64,000 bases of DNA from Eledone cirrhosa (lineage: Eukaryota). Location: positions 53,568,001-53,632,000 of the forward strand of contig OZ024750.1 in NCBI GenBank assembly GCA_964016885.1, in the 5' to 3' direction. The notes under the pieces are model-generated. The model did no database searches and was not told where the DNA came from. It saw only the letters and a list, made by a program, of their open reading frames with translations. This document shows positions 40,991 to 52,022 of the stretch, in pieces (position 1 is the stretch's first letter; every line of letters begins with the position of its first letter). The position numbers and the translations under genes were made by a program.

Positions 40991-41378
40991 GGTGGATTGG
41001 CAGTATCGGTAGAGGGTCGGACGCCATGCTTTCCAGCATAGTTACGTCCCTTTACGATCTGAGTTCAAATCCCGCCGAGGTTGACTTTGCCTTTCATCCT
41101 TACAGGGTCGATAAAATAAAGTACCAGTAATGCACTGGGTAATCGCTGGCCTTGTACCTAAAGTAGAAAAAATTATTTTTCATCTAGGGTGGTGGATTGG
41201 CAGTCGGTAGAGGGTCGGACGCCATGCTTTGACGCATAGAGTTACGGCCCTTGCCATTCTGAGTTCAAATCCCGCCGAGGTTAACTTTGCCTTTCATCCT
41301 TATGGGGTCAATAAAATAAAGTACCAGTAATACACTGGGTATTTGCTGGCCTTGTGCCAAAAATAGAAGCAATTATTA
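40991..41378 (+). mobile_element. Head-to-tail pair of SINE family A
   Basis: Two complete copies; the motif TTATTTTTCATCTA occurs before, between and after them. Confidence 0.88.
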
Positions 41379-42063
41379 TTTTTCATCTACTTTAAATTTA
41401 GGTTGTATCTCAATAAATTAAATTTAAGATAAATTGATAAATTCGGCTCTTATACATACATTTTTTTCTTTCTAAATAGTTCCACAAAGTACTAATAGTC
41501 TCTCATCAACTACTTAATAAGATTGTTGATAATTTTGACATACATAATTATCTCCCTTCTTTTAAAATAAATAATGTATCACATAGCATTACAACACACT
41601 CAACTATATATTTTTGCAAAAAGAACCATATCAATTATTAAATACTTTTCTACTCAATAATTTCAATATCTAATTATACATAAACAAAGATAACTTAACT
41701 ACAAATTCTATAATCCAAATTCTTTCCCCCTTTATTTTCATAATACTACTTCTGTTGCCTAGAATATTTTTTCCTTTGATATAATATATAATTTTTCCTT
41801 TGATATAACATAATTTTGATTTAATACCTATTTTAATTGATTATAACCAGCATAGAGACTGAATAACGGTTTTGTTTTATTTTTTGACCAATCTAATTAC
41901 GCTATATTTTAAATAATTTATTAAATGTTTAAACCAGCTGTAATTATTCTCCCAGTCACGTAACCTCCTATGTTGAGTTTTTTCTAGTCATATGCTTGGT
42001 GGTCACCGATCTGTTCAGCGTGTTTGTCAACCAGCATATGAAAAAAATTATACATTTTCTATG

Positions 42064-42139
42064 TATTTTGTCTGAAGAGGACATGTTTTGCTTTATGTTG
42101 CACATAAAACTTTACATCTTCGAAATATATAAGGAAATA
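42064..42139 (+). ncRNA. Type I hammerhead motif, slightly degenerate
   Basis: TATTTTGT CTGAAGA GGACATGT..TTTATGT/ACATAAA..ACATCTTC GAAA TATA TA AGGAAATA; one G-G mismatch in stem I, one C-C mismatch in stem II. Confidence 0.7.
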
Positions 42140-42150
42140 AATAGAGATGA

Positions 42151-43051
42151 CTAGCATAGGCACCCGGCGTTGCCCGGGAATGAAATTGTTACTTACATAT
42201 TAGAAGAAAACAGCAAAATATGTTGTATAGAAATGTTATTCTAAATTCAATTGGGACACACGATGAAATCAATTCTGAGTTCATAAAAAAAATAATTGTT
42301 AGCAAAATAAATTTCCAATTTCATGGAAGAGGGGGTGGGGGTAGCTAAGAAAGGGTTGTGTGTGTGTTCACCTTTAACCAAAGGAGCAAATGTTGTGAGG
42401 AAAAATAAGTAAAGGTAAACCAGGCTTGTTAAGAAGAGCGATAATCTACCTCTCTGCCCACTGTTCTAGCGGATGCTGGATGATTTTAATTTACCATTGC
42501 GGTACCCATCAAACAATTTCAAGTAGGGACCCTTAAATAGGGTTGTGTGTGCGTTCACTGACAGCCCTAAAACTGAGGGGTCACCATCAACAATTTCGGC
42601 CCTTGAAAGGACTTCAGTTGCGTTCATTGACAGCCATTAGAATGACTCTGTATGAGTTCATGATTTGTTCAGCCGCCTCAAATTGCGGTGTCGATTGTCA
42701 AGCTGGGTTCCTCTCTGCAGGCGATCACCTTAAACCAAGGGAAACATACGTTTTAGTTAAGAAACTGTTTAAAAGCTCATCAGGCTGGCTAAAGAAATGG
42801 TGATTACACACCTATCTCCTCGCTGTTGCATTTACAACACATCGTTGTAAACGATGTTTCTTGTTTTTCCTCGGCGTGCAAATGCGAAAAGACTTTCCCT
42901 GCTGCCCAATCTAGAGCAACCAACGTACAATTGTCCGTTCACCTTCCGAAGACTCCAATTTCTGCTTCGGGTAAGTTTTGCTATGATCACCAGTCCCAGG
43001 CCAGACTCTGTGGCCGGACTTCTTCTGGAAGAACCATGTTTCTCCCACGGA
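42151..43051 (-). mobile_element. Helitron 3' fragment (Pif1 helicase C-terminus, hairpin, CTAG)
   Basis: Minus strand: CCCGGGCAACGCCGGG hairpin then CTAG|T; GQLYVGCSRLGS..KTRNIVYNDVL; upstream helicase piece is inverted. Confidence 0.85.
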
Positions 43052-43378
43052 AATGAGATGATAGGGACTGAGGTCCATATCATTCCACTGCAAAGTGGTC
43101 ATGGAGGTGCCACGGCAAAAAAGCACCCAGCACTCACTGTAAATGAGGTTGGTGTTAGGAAGGGCATCCAGCTGTAGAAATCAAGCCAGCATCAGTTCCC
43201 GTCCCACCCTTGCAAGCAGGGAAAAAGCAGACGTAAAATGAAATGATGATGAGTAAACTGGAGCAATTTGAAATAAAGTGTCTTGCTCAAGGAAACAACA
43301 CATCACCCGGTCTAAGAATTGAACTCACAACCTTTCGATTGCAAGCCCAATGATCAAACCACTAAGCCATGCGCCTCC
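43052..43378 (-). mobile_element. SINE family B copy with inverted 3' half
   Basis: 43251-43378 is the reverse complement of 51248-51376, while 43052-43250 matches 51384-51590 on the same strand. Confidence 0.85.
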
Positions 43379-44014
43379 ATATATATATATATATTCTATT
43401 CTAGGGCGGGTAAAATTCCCGAGATCCATGGACGAGTTCTCTCCAGCGGTCTCTGTCCGACATTATTGCTGCCATGTATATATATATATATATATATATA
43501 TCTGCCATGTATACATATATATATATATGTATACATTGCCTAAACTCAAGAAATGAATTCTTCACACATCTGGAAATACCTCTTACATAACTACAAAGCT
43601 CCAGATTGAATTACAACAACATCCTAATTTTCTTATCAACTAAAAACTTTCGGAATTTTGCAGTTATCTCCCTTACACCTCTCGCACGCAACTTAGTATT
43701 GCCTGAATGAAGTGACGGGTTTCTGCGCATACGCGTTCCTACGGTTGTCCATTACGAGGTGAGGATCCGTTAAGGTGAAACAATTGTTCTCGGTATGGTG
43801 AACTAACTGTTACCACTTCTACCTAACTCGTCCCATGGACTGAGTGCTCTACCACTACGGGTGTTACCTTCCAGTGTTCTACCACTATATATATATATAT
43901 ATGTATACATATATATATATATGCATATTTATATGTATATACATGTTTATATTTATATGTATATACATATATATATATACGTATACATAATTATATATAT
44001 ATATATATATATAT

Positions 44015-44825
44015 AACTGCCCAGATGGTTCTACAGAAATAGTAGACACTTTCCGTTACTTGAGTTATAAAATCAGCAGTGGAGAAGGGTGCTCTGAAAG
44101 TACAGTAGCCAGAGTTAGAACGGGATGGAAAAAGTTCAGAGAGTTAATACCACTGTTGGCCACAAGGGGTTTTTCTTTAAAACTGAAAGGCAGATTGTAT
44201 GATGCCTGTATGGCAATATTACATGGCAGTGAGACCTGGGCATTGTGTGCTGAAGACCTGCGTAGTTTAGAAAGAAATGAAGCTTGTATGCTCCAATGGA
44301 TGTGTAATAGTAATATGTGTGCAGGGCGAAGCATAAACGAAGATGGAAACTAAGCATAAGAAGTATCAAATGTTGTGTTCTGGAGAGGAGATTGCGTTGG
44401 TATGGACATGTGATGCGTATGAAGGACGACAGCTGCATAAAAAAGTGCAGGGCAATGAACATTGATGGAAGCTGCGGAGTGGGTAGACCAAGAAAAACCT
44501 GGGACGAGGTGATAAAAACTGACCTTGCTCACCTACATCTCTCTATGACAATGACACTGGATCGAGACCATTGGTGCCATGCAGTAATACAGAAGACCTG
44601 CCTTCCCTTGCATATAAACCCAGTCAGTAGGCACCTGTTAACCCAATGTACACCCCACTCCATTCTCCCTCTCCTGTTCCGTCCACTGTGTCGATGACAC
44701 AACAGTCCACACTGGAAGGTGGCCGTGTAGGAGACATTGTCTCCTGACCATTCCCGCATCAAATGGAACAAAACTGTCTAACCCATGCGAGCGGGGAAGA
44801 TGGACGTTAAACGATGATGATGATG
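44015..44825 (+). mobile_element. RTE-clade LINE 3' fragment
   Basis: VDTFRYL..CSESTVARVRTGWKKFREL..RRLRWYGHVMRM..GRPRKTW; (GAT)n tail. Confidence 0.88.
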
Positions 44826-45110
44826 TAAGTATGTATATACATATATATACTGATGATGTTGCAGATGTGCGACGAAGAACTATCTGTATTTTTAACCGCT
44901 GGTCATTCAATGATAAATATTGATTGCCAAATAAATTAACTGTGGAGATATAAAACATACAGAAGCGAAAACCAACCAAACAGTGAGTGTGTTCTGTTAT
45001 TATTTCTGGCAATATTATAACAATATGACCCTCCCCAACTATAACAATATTTGTTTCGACACACGATTTCAAATCAGAAACCTTGCAAAACAAATTCATA
45101 TGTATTTATA

Positions 45111-45141
<31 letters not shown>

Positions 45142-45192
45142 TATATGTATATTATATGTGCATATATACATACATATATATATATATGCATG

Positions 45193-45223
<31 letters not shown>

Positions 45224-45450
45224 TATATGTGTGTGTGTATATATACATATATATATATATGTGTATATATACATATTTATGTGTATATACGTGTATGTGT
45301 ATATATATATATATTTCTTTATTAGCCACAGGGGCACAAAAGAAGGGGACAAATACAAAGGGGGAAGTTTACATACAATAAAAACAATATATATATATAT
45401 ATATATATAGTTATGTAATAAATACATAGGGGAAGTTTACATACAATAAA

Positions 45451-45505
<55 letters not shown>

Positions 45506-45530
45506 TGTAATAAACAACATAAGGCAATTA

Positions 45531-45591
45531 TTTCATTTACCAGTGGTTTCTTGAAAGCAAACAAATTTTGCTTTCAATCATCAGAATGAAA
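45531..45591 (-). ncRNA. Type I hammerhead ribozyme motif, fully paired
   Basis: Minus strand: TTTCATT CTGATGA TTGAAAGCAAA ATTTG TTTGCTTTCAA GAAA CCACTGG TA AATGAAA; 7-bp stem I, 11-bp stem II, GUA triplet. Confidence 0.92.
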
Positions 45592-45858
45592 AAATCCTGG
45601 TGTATTTATTGACATTGGATTTTAAAAACAAAAATATAATCTCTATAAAAGTGAGGCTGGAAAAGGAAGAAGGAAAGGAAAAATAAACACACATGCACAC
45701 ACACACACACACACGTACAATTACATACACATACATATATATATATACACACACACATATATATGTATACATAAACATACATACATACACATATATATCA
45801 ACATATCCATACATACACATACACATAAATACACAAACACGCACACATACACACATGC

Positions 45859-45893
<35 letters not shown>

Positions 45894-46154
45894 ATCATAC
45901 ATATATACACACGTACATACACACATACATACACACATATATACATGCATACTTACGCATGCACAAATATAGATATATGTACACACACCTACATACACAC
46001 ACACAAATAAGAAAAAATATAATAATAAAAATACCGTCACATAAGAATAAAAATGAATGTAAAAATTATTATAAAGTTGACAGCGATACAGGCAACAAAT
46101 AAATGAACAAACACGCGTGGTAAGCAATACACACAATTGCACATACAAAAATAA

Positions 46155-46185
<31 letters not shown>

Positions 46186-46234
46186 TACACATACATTACA
46201 TATACACATACATACACATATACATACACACACA

Positions 46235-49008
46235 TCATCATCATCATCATCATCATCGTTTAACGTCCGTGTTCCACGCTTGCATGGGTTTGGACGGGGG
46301 TTTTCCCACTTGAGGCAAGAGTGATTGTCTTGCTCCCATAGGACTGTCTGGCAGGTTTTCTACAGTTGGATGCCCTTCCTAACACCAACCACATTTACAG
46401 TGTGGGTCTGGGAGGTTTTTACCGTGTTGCCTACACGGCCACATTACAGCGTGGACTGTGTGTTTTTTTGTCGTGACACCTACACGATCTCATTTGTTTC
46501 GGCCTGGATGGTGCGGCACCAACATAACTTTACATAGAAGGGGGCGGTGTGGATGGGGTGGGGGTGGTGGGACGGGGCTGTATTTTGGTAGAGATGCCTA
46601 CTGACTGTAGTAGGTTTTACTTTGTATTTAGGTAAGGCGGGTCTTCTCTATTACTGAGTACCGCCAAAGGTCTCGGTCCAGTGACATTGTCTTGGTGAGG
46701 TGTAAGTGTGTGAGGTCGGAGTTTATCAGCTCGTCCCAGGTTTTTCTGGGTCTGCCTATTCCGTGGCTACCGTCTATCTTTATTGCCCTGCACTTTGTTA
46801 TACAGCTATCGTCTTTCATGCGCATCACGTGACCATACCAACGTAGCCTTCTCTCTAGTAAACAACATCTGATCCCTCTTATTTCTAATTTTTTCCTTAG
46901 TTCGTTTATGCTTTGTCGTTCACGTATATTACTATTACACATCCAGCGGAGCATGCAAGCTTCGTTTCTCTCTAGTCTGCGTATATCCTCTGCACACAAT
47001 GCCCACATTGCTGTTCGTATGCAGGCATCGTACAGCCTGCCTTTCATTTTTAGGGAGAACCCTTTAGCGGCTAATAGTGGTATAAGCTCTCTGAACTTTT
47101 TCCACCCAGTTCTGACTCTAGCTACTGTACTTTCAGAGCACCCTCCCCCACTGCTGATTTTGTCACCCAGGTAACGGAAGCTGTCCACTATTTCTATAGA
47201 ACCCTCTGCGCAGTTGAAAGAGCTAGTATTTTGTGGGCACTTGCTGCTACTTATTGCCCCAGAACACCGGCCACATGTAAAATCTATGTTCTTAGTTAAC
47301 TTACCTGTGATCCCACTACATCTTTTATTCACCCAAACTTTGCATTTGGGACACAAAATGGAATTTCTACCTACGCCTTTCCTACACTCTGCGCATGGCC
47401 ACTTCCCGGAGGGGACCACCGCCTTATTTTCTTTCTTACAAACTAGAACTTTAGTCTTAGCCAGGTTAATTTTAAGGCCTTTTGGGCAGCCGGTCTTGAA
47501 CTCCACTGTTATAGCCTGGAGGGCAATAATAAATAGTAGGGGGCTAAGAACAGAGCCCTGATGAACACCAACTTTTACACTAAACTCTTCACTATATTCG
47601 TTGTTAATTCTAACCTTGCTGACTGTTTCTTTATACATGGCTTGTATAGCTCTCACAAGCCATCATCAACACCTAGTTTTCTAAGAGCCCACCAGATAAT
47701 GGAACGAGGGACTCTGTCGAAGGCCTTCTCCAAGTCGACGAAAGCTAAGTATAGGGGTTTACTTTTAGCTAGGTACTTCTCCTGTAGTTGTCGTACAATG
47801 AAAAGAGCGTCTGTGGTACTTTTTCCTGACACAAACCCGAACTGCATTTCATCTAGATCAATTCGCTCTCTGATTAGTTGCGCTATTACTTTTTCCGTGA
47901 CCTTCATGACCTGGTCGATTAATTTAATGCCTCTATAGTTACTCCTATCTAGGGCATCTCCTTTACCCTTATAACAGTTAACGATAATGCTGCTACGCCA
48001 GTCCTACGGAACAACCCCATTCTGTATGACTTGGTTGACTATCCTGGTGACCATGGTGTGTCCCACCGTACCAGATGCCTTCAGCATCTCGGCAACTATT
48101 TCCGAAGGCCCAGCCGCCTTGCCTGTCTTCATATCTTTGATTGCCTTACTTATTATACTACCCTCGACTAACACTGCTGGTCCCTCTATTGGGTCAATGT
48201 GGGGGAGACTGTCTTTCTCCCATTTATTCTCCTCATTTAGTAGCCTTTCATAGTGACACTTCCAAGCTACCTTCTTATCGGCATCGGTGATGGCAAGTAC
48301 GCCGTCATCGTTAAGTACACACTTCTCCCCGACAATATCACTGTTTTCCTTGACACATTGCCTAGCAATCCTGAACACCTCACGTTTTTAGTCCTCTCGT
48401 TGTAGAACATGCTTGAACTTTATTTCCTCTGCTTCCCTTCTTGCGAAGTACACTTGTCTCCTAGCTTCCCTCCTGGCCACTTGATAGTCTTCTCTGCTTC
48501 CCCCATCCCGCCATACTTTCCAACCCTGCTTTTTGCCCTTAATTGACCCCTCCACCTTACTGTTCCACCACCATGTTACTCTCCTCCTGCCTACAGGCCT
48601 GCTCCAGCCACAGACTTCGTCTGCCGCCGTCAGCAGGTTTGCTTTCAGGAATTCCCACTGTTCCTCTACCTTGTACGTCTCTAATTGCTCTTCCTCACTG
48701 TCGAAAGCATCAAGTAATATGCTTTGGAATTTATTTTTGGCTGTGGGGTCCTTTAGCTTCCATATTTTTCTCCTGAGGATAGTCCTCTTCTGTTGTCTAG
48801 TACGTCTCGTCCTGACTATTAGGTCGCTAATTATCAGTCTATGTTGGGAAGTGCATTCTTCATGTGGGAGGGATTTAGTGTTTACGACAGTCACTTTGTC
48901 ACGTCTTCTGGTAAGGATATAATCTACCTGGCTAGTATGTTCCCCTGATCTGTAGGTGATCAAGTGATTGTCTCGTTTTTTGAAGTTAGTGTTGCAGATA
49001 GTTAGGTG
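46235..49008 (-). mobile_element. Young 5'-truncated RTE-clade LINE (end of endonuclease, RT with PHD-like insert, 3' UTR)
   Basis: ORFs 48388-48963, 48004-48378, 47653-47907, 46628-47656: SQVDYIL, QHRLII, QFGF, FVDLEKAFDRV, GVHQGSVLSPLLF, FRYLG; few stops. Confidence 0.93.
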
Positions 49009-49009
49009 G

Positions 49010-51225
49010 GTATGTGAAGGCTAAGGTAGAAAGTAGGGGGGAAAATAAGGAAAATAAATGACAGGAAAAGGTTTAAATATAAGGGGAGATAAGGGAGAAA
49101 AAGAATATAAGAGTACAGAAAGTGAATTCAGAAGGTAAAAAAATCATAGTGGATGTAAGGCGTAGAAAGCAGAGAAGTTGTTCAAGGTGGTTGAGTTATT
49201 GTAGGAATGTCAATCCAGTTACAGATCAAATGTGATTTCAGGTGAGGACAACATCTGAAGATCTCGGTCTTGGAGTTCAGGCAACTTGAAGTGGCTTTCA
49301 AGTTTTGTAAAATCCTAAAATTTTCAGTGGTACACAAAGAACAATTCTTTGTGCCCCTTTGGTACTCCCTCGAATGGTCTAAAATAAACCAATCGATAGA
49401 GTACGGGATGTTTTTATCCTTGAATTCCCACACCTTATTTACGAGAGCCGTTGCTGTTCTTTTATCGGAGTGTTTAAAAGAAGTGACATGTGCATAAAAC
49501 CTGGATTTAAACCTGTCCTGAGTCATGCCAACATGTCGTTCACTCCTGGCTGGCTGGTTGTTAATTAAACGTGTCACTTTGGCCTCATATGCAATGGATT
49601 TGGTGTTACATTTGTCCTGTAATGGGCATTTATTCGGCTTCCTGCAACTGCATTCTGGATTTATTCTCGTACGATTGGAATTAGTGATTTTAGACTTCAT
49701 TGATGGGCAGCAAGAGTAACTGATTTTAACTACATTTCTATTAAATATCTTATAATATCTATGATTAGGAGGAAAATGTTTATCTAAGAGGTCAAGGAAT
49801 TTCCTTCCTACATTAGTTTTGACAGTTAGAGAGAAGGGGGGTGTAAACCAAATAATTTTCCTCCTTTTCCTATTATTGTGGTTAGTTTTAGGGTGTGTGT
49901 GTGTGGGGGGGGGTAAATAATTAATTTGTTCTGTAAATCCGCTGTTATTAAGGGCTTTATTAAAAATGTCTAGAGACGAAGATAAGGTAGTAATCCTACA
50001 GCTAATGTTGGGAATAAGATTTTTAAAAACTATAGGGGGATGGCAAGACTGTGTATATATCTAAGATTTTCGTTAGGTTTATGAAAAGGTTTAAAAGAGG
50101 CAGTAAGTAGATCAAGATTAATGTCAAGAAAGTTAGCATTGGTAAGGTTCGTAGCTATAGTAATTTTAAGGTTAAGATTAGCAAAAGTATTGATTAAATC
50201 TTTATGGAATTTATCAAGGTTATGGCCGTTGGTGGTATGAGAAACTGCCAATCCGTCGTCACGGTATAAACCGATATTATGGGAAGGAAATTTCTCTTTG
50301 AGGGTGTGGAGAAGGAATAATCCTACTATGTCACACACATCCGCACTGTCATATGAACCCATTGCAACATCAAAAGAGTTTTCAGGTTTTGACTTTTTAA
50401 CCCAAATACTTTCATTAGTAAAGAGTAAAGTTTTTATAGCATGAAAGATAATGTCTTCTAATTTAGAAATATTAATGAAGGGTCTTGTAAAATCTAAGGC
50501 ATTAGTTAATAAGGAAACAGTAATAGAGGGGTAAAAATCAACAATATCAAATTGGGTAAATCTACACTTATTTTTACCTTGTATATTATTAAACCAAGAA
50601 ATAACAGAGGATGTTTTTAACCATTGTGATAAGTCAGTCTTAGTTCTAATTTGGAGAATTATTTTTCTTAAGATTTTTTTACTTGCAAGGCCAACTTCGG
50701 ATTTAGCCGGGTTAATCAGTCTACAACTAGGTCGATTAGTAAAGTCTAATTTATGGTCTTTAAGGGTAATATATACTTTACGTTTAGCTAGGCTTTCAAT
50801 CCGGTTGTCTATTTTTAAAGAACAAGCTAGTTCTTTAGCTTCTTTATTAATAGTATTGTAGGTGTTATTATTAGTTAATTGATATTTGTTGGTGATACTA
50901 TTAGTTAAAAGTTGGTTATACAAAATACTATTAACTTCAAAGAGATTTTTAGTTTTATCGGAAAGAACAAAAGTGTTTGTAGAATCTTTAAAATTAGAAA
51001 TACCGTTAGACAGTTTAGTTTGAAAATTATTATTGTACTTACGAAATTTGATATCACTAATTAAATTAACAAGGTCTAATTCGAAGGTGGCCATGTCTTT
51101 AATTCTAGGTGGGTATTTACGGGATTTTATGTCAAAACAATCATTAGTATCAGCACTGAATAGTCCATCGTAAACCATTGCCTTCCATCTCATTCTTTTA
51201 ACGACTTGTTCGTTCATTCATACAT
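49010..51225 (-). mobile_element. Penelope-like element (RT 50030-51217, GIY-YIG 49182-49700), frameshifted
   Basis: RMRWKA, CRLINPAKSE, FDIVDFYPSI, AMGSYDSA, GLYRDDGL, NFLDINLDL; C-x-C..CPL..C, HVGMTQDRFKSRFYAH, CSLCTTE. Confidence 0.92.
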
Positions 51226-51247
51226 TCACATATATATATATATATAT

Positions 51248-51595
51248 GGAGGCACATGGCTTAGTGGTTAGAGCATTGGCCTTGCAATCGAAAGGTTGTG
51301 AGTTCAATTCTCAGACCGGGTGATGTGTTGTTTCCTTGAGCAAGGCACTTTATTTCACATTGCTCCAGTTTACTCAGCTGTAGAAATGAGATGATAGGGA
51401 CTGGAGTCACTATCATTCCACTGCAAAGTGGTCGTGGAGGTGCCACGGCAAAAAAAAAGCACCCAGCACTCACTGTAAATGAGGTTGGTGTTAGGAAGGG
51501 CATCCAGCTGTAGAAATCAAGCCAGAATTCAGTTCCCGTCCCACCCTTGCAAGCAGGGAAAAGTGGACGTAAAATGAAATGATGATGATGATGAA
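51248..51595 (+). mobile_element. tRNA-derived SINE family B (CORE/V-like middle, RTE-like tail)
   Basis: TGGCTTAGTGG..GAGTTCAATTC head, TCCTTGAGCAAGGCACTT, GGTTGGTGTTAGGAAGGGCATCCAGC, (GAT)n tail. Confidence 0.85.
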
Positions 51596-51610
51596 ATGAT
51601 ATATATATAT

Positions 51611-51776
51611 AGTCCACACTGTAAATGTGGTTGGTGTTAGGAAGGGCATCCAGCTGTAAAAAACCTGCAAGAGACACGTACGAGCGAGACATGGTCTCCG
51701 GACCATTCCCGCATCAAATGGAACAAAGCCGTCTAACCCATGCTAGCGTGGAAGATGGACGTTAAACGATGATGAT
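51611..51776 (+). mobile_element. RTE 3' UTR fragment
   Basis: Matches the 3' ends at 44745-44825 and 34570-34620. Confidence 0.75.
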
Positions 51777-51856
51777 GGACCTGTTATTTTCATCTAAAGA
51801 CATTTTTTCCAAATCCAACCCGCCCGTCCTCTCAATCTATCTTATTTCTCATTCTT

Positions 51857-51892
51857 TCTTCTGATGAAGGATTAGAGTCCGAAACGTTAAGA
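51857..51892 (+). ncRNA. Minimal type I hammerhead (PLE-type, palindromic stem III)
   Basis: TCTT CTGATGA A GGA TTAGAG TCC GAAACGTT AAGA; ACGT palindrome as stem III, GUU triplet. Confidence 0.8.
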
Positions 51893-52022
51893 CCTTCTTC
51901 CTGCTATATCAAGCGTTAACCTAATATATCCCTTCCATATACTGTACCGATTGTGTTGTTATTTCTGTTTACCTTTTACATATATATATATATATTAAGT
52001 TCAATAAATTATATATATATAT

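Larger units (their letters stand above)
38760..42140 (+). mobile_element. Degraded, 5'-truncated Penelope-like element (RT C-terminus + GIY-YIG + 3' region with HHR)
   Basis: GLYRNDAL..VNFLDIRLNLK..YPFHK; C-x4-C..LVYKC..YIGATSSKFKERWYNY..STALS..CNLCTSE; interrupted by RTE and SINE insertions; 3' boundary inferred. Confidence 0.82.

Noticed and set aside
45015-45100. Dispersed repeat shared with 18655-18740, with CTGATTTGA..GAAAC on the minus strand
   Set aside because: Core is non-canonical and stem II is absent; left as an unclassified repeat.
49182-51217. Intact autonomous PLE or a domesticated RT gene
   Set aside because: A frameshift near 50045 and stops separate RT from GIY-YIG, and the N-terminus is truncated.
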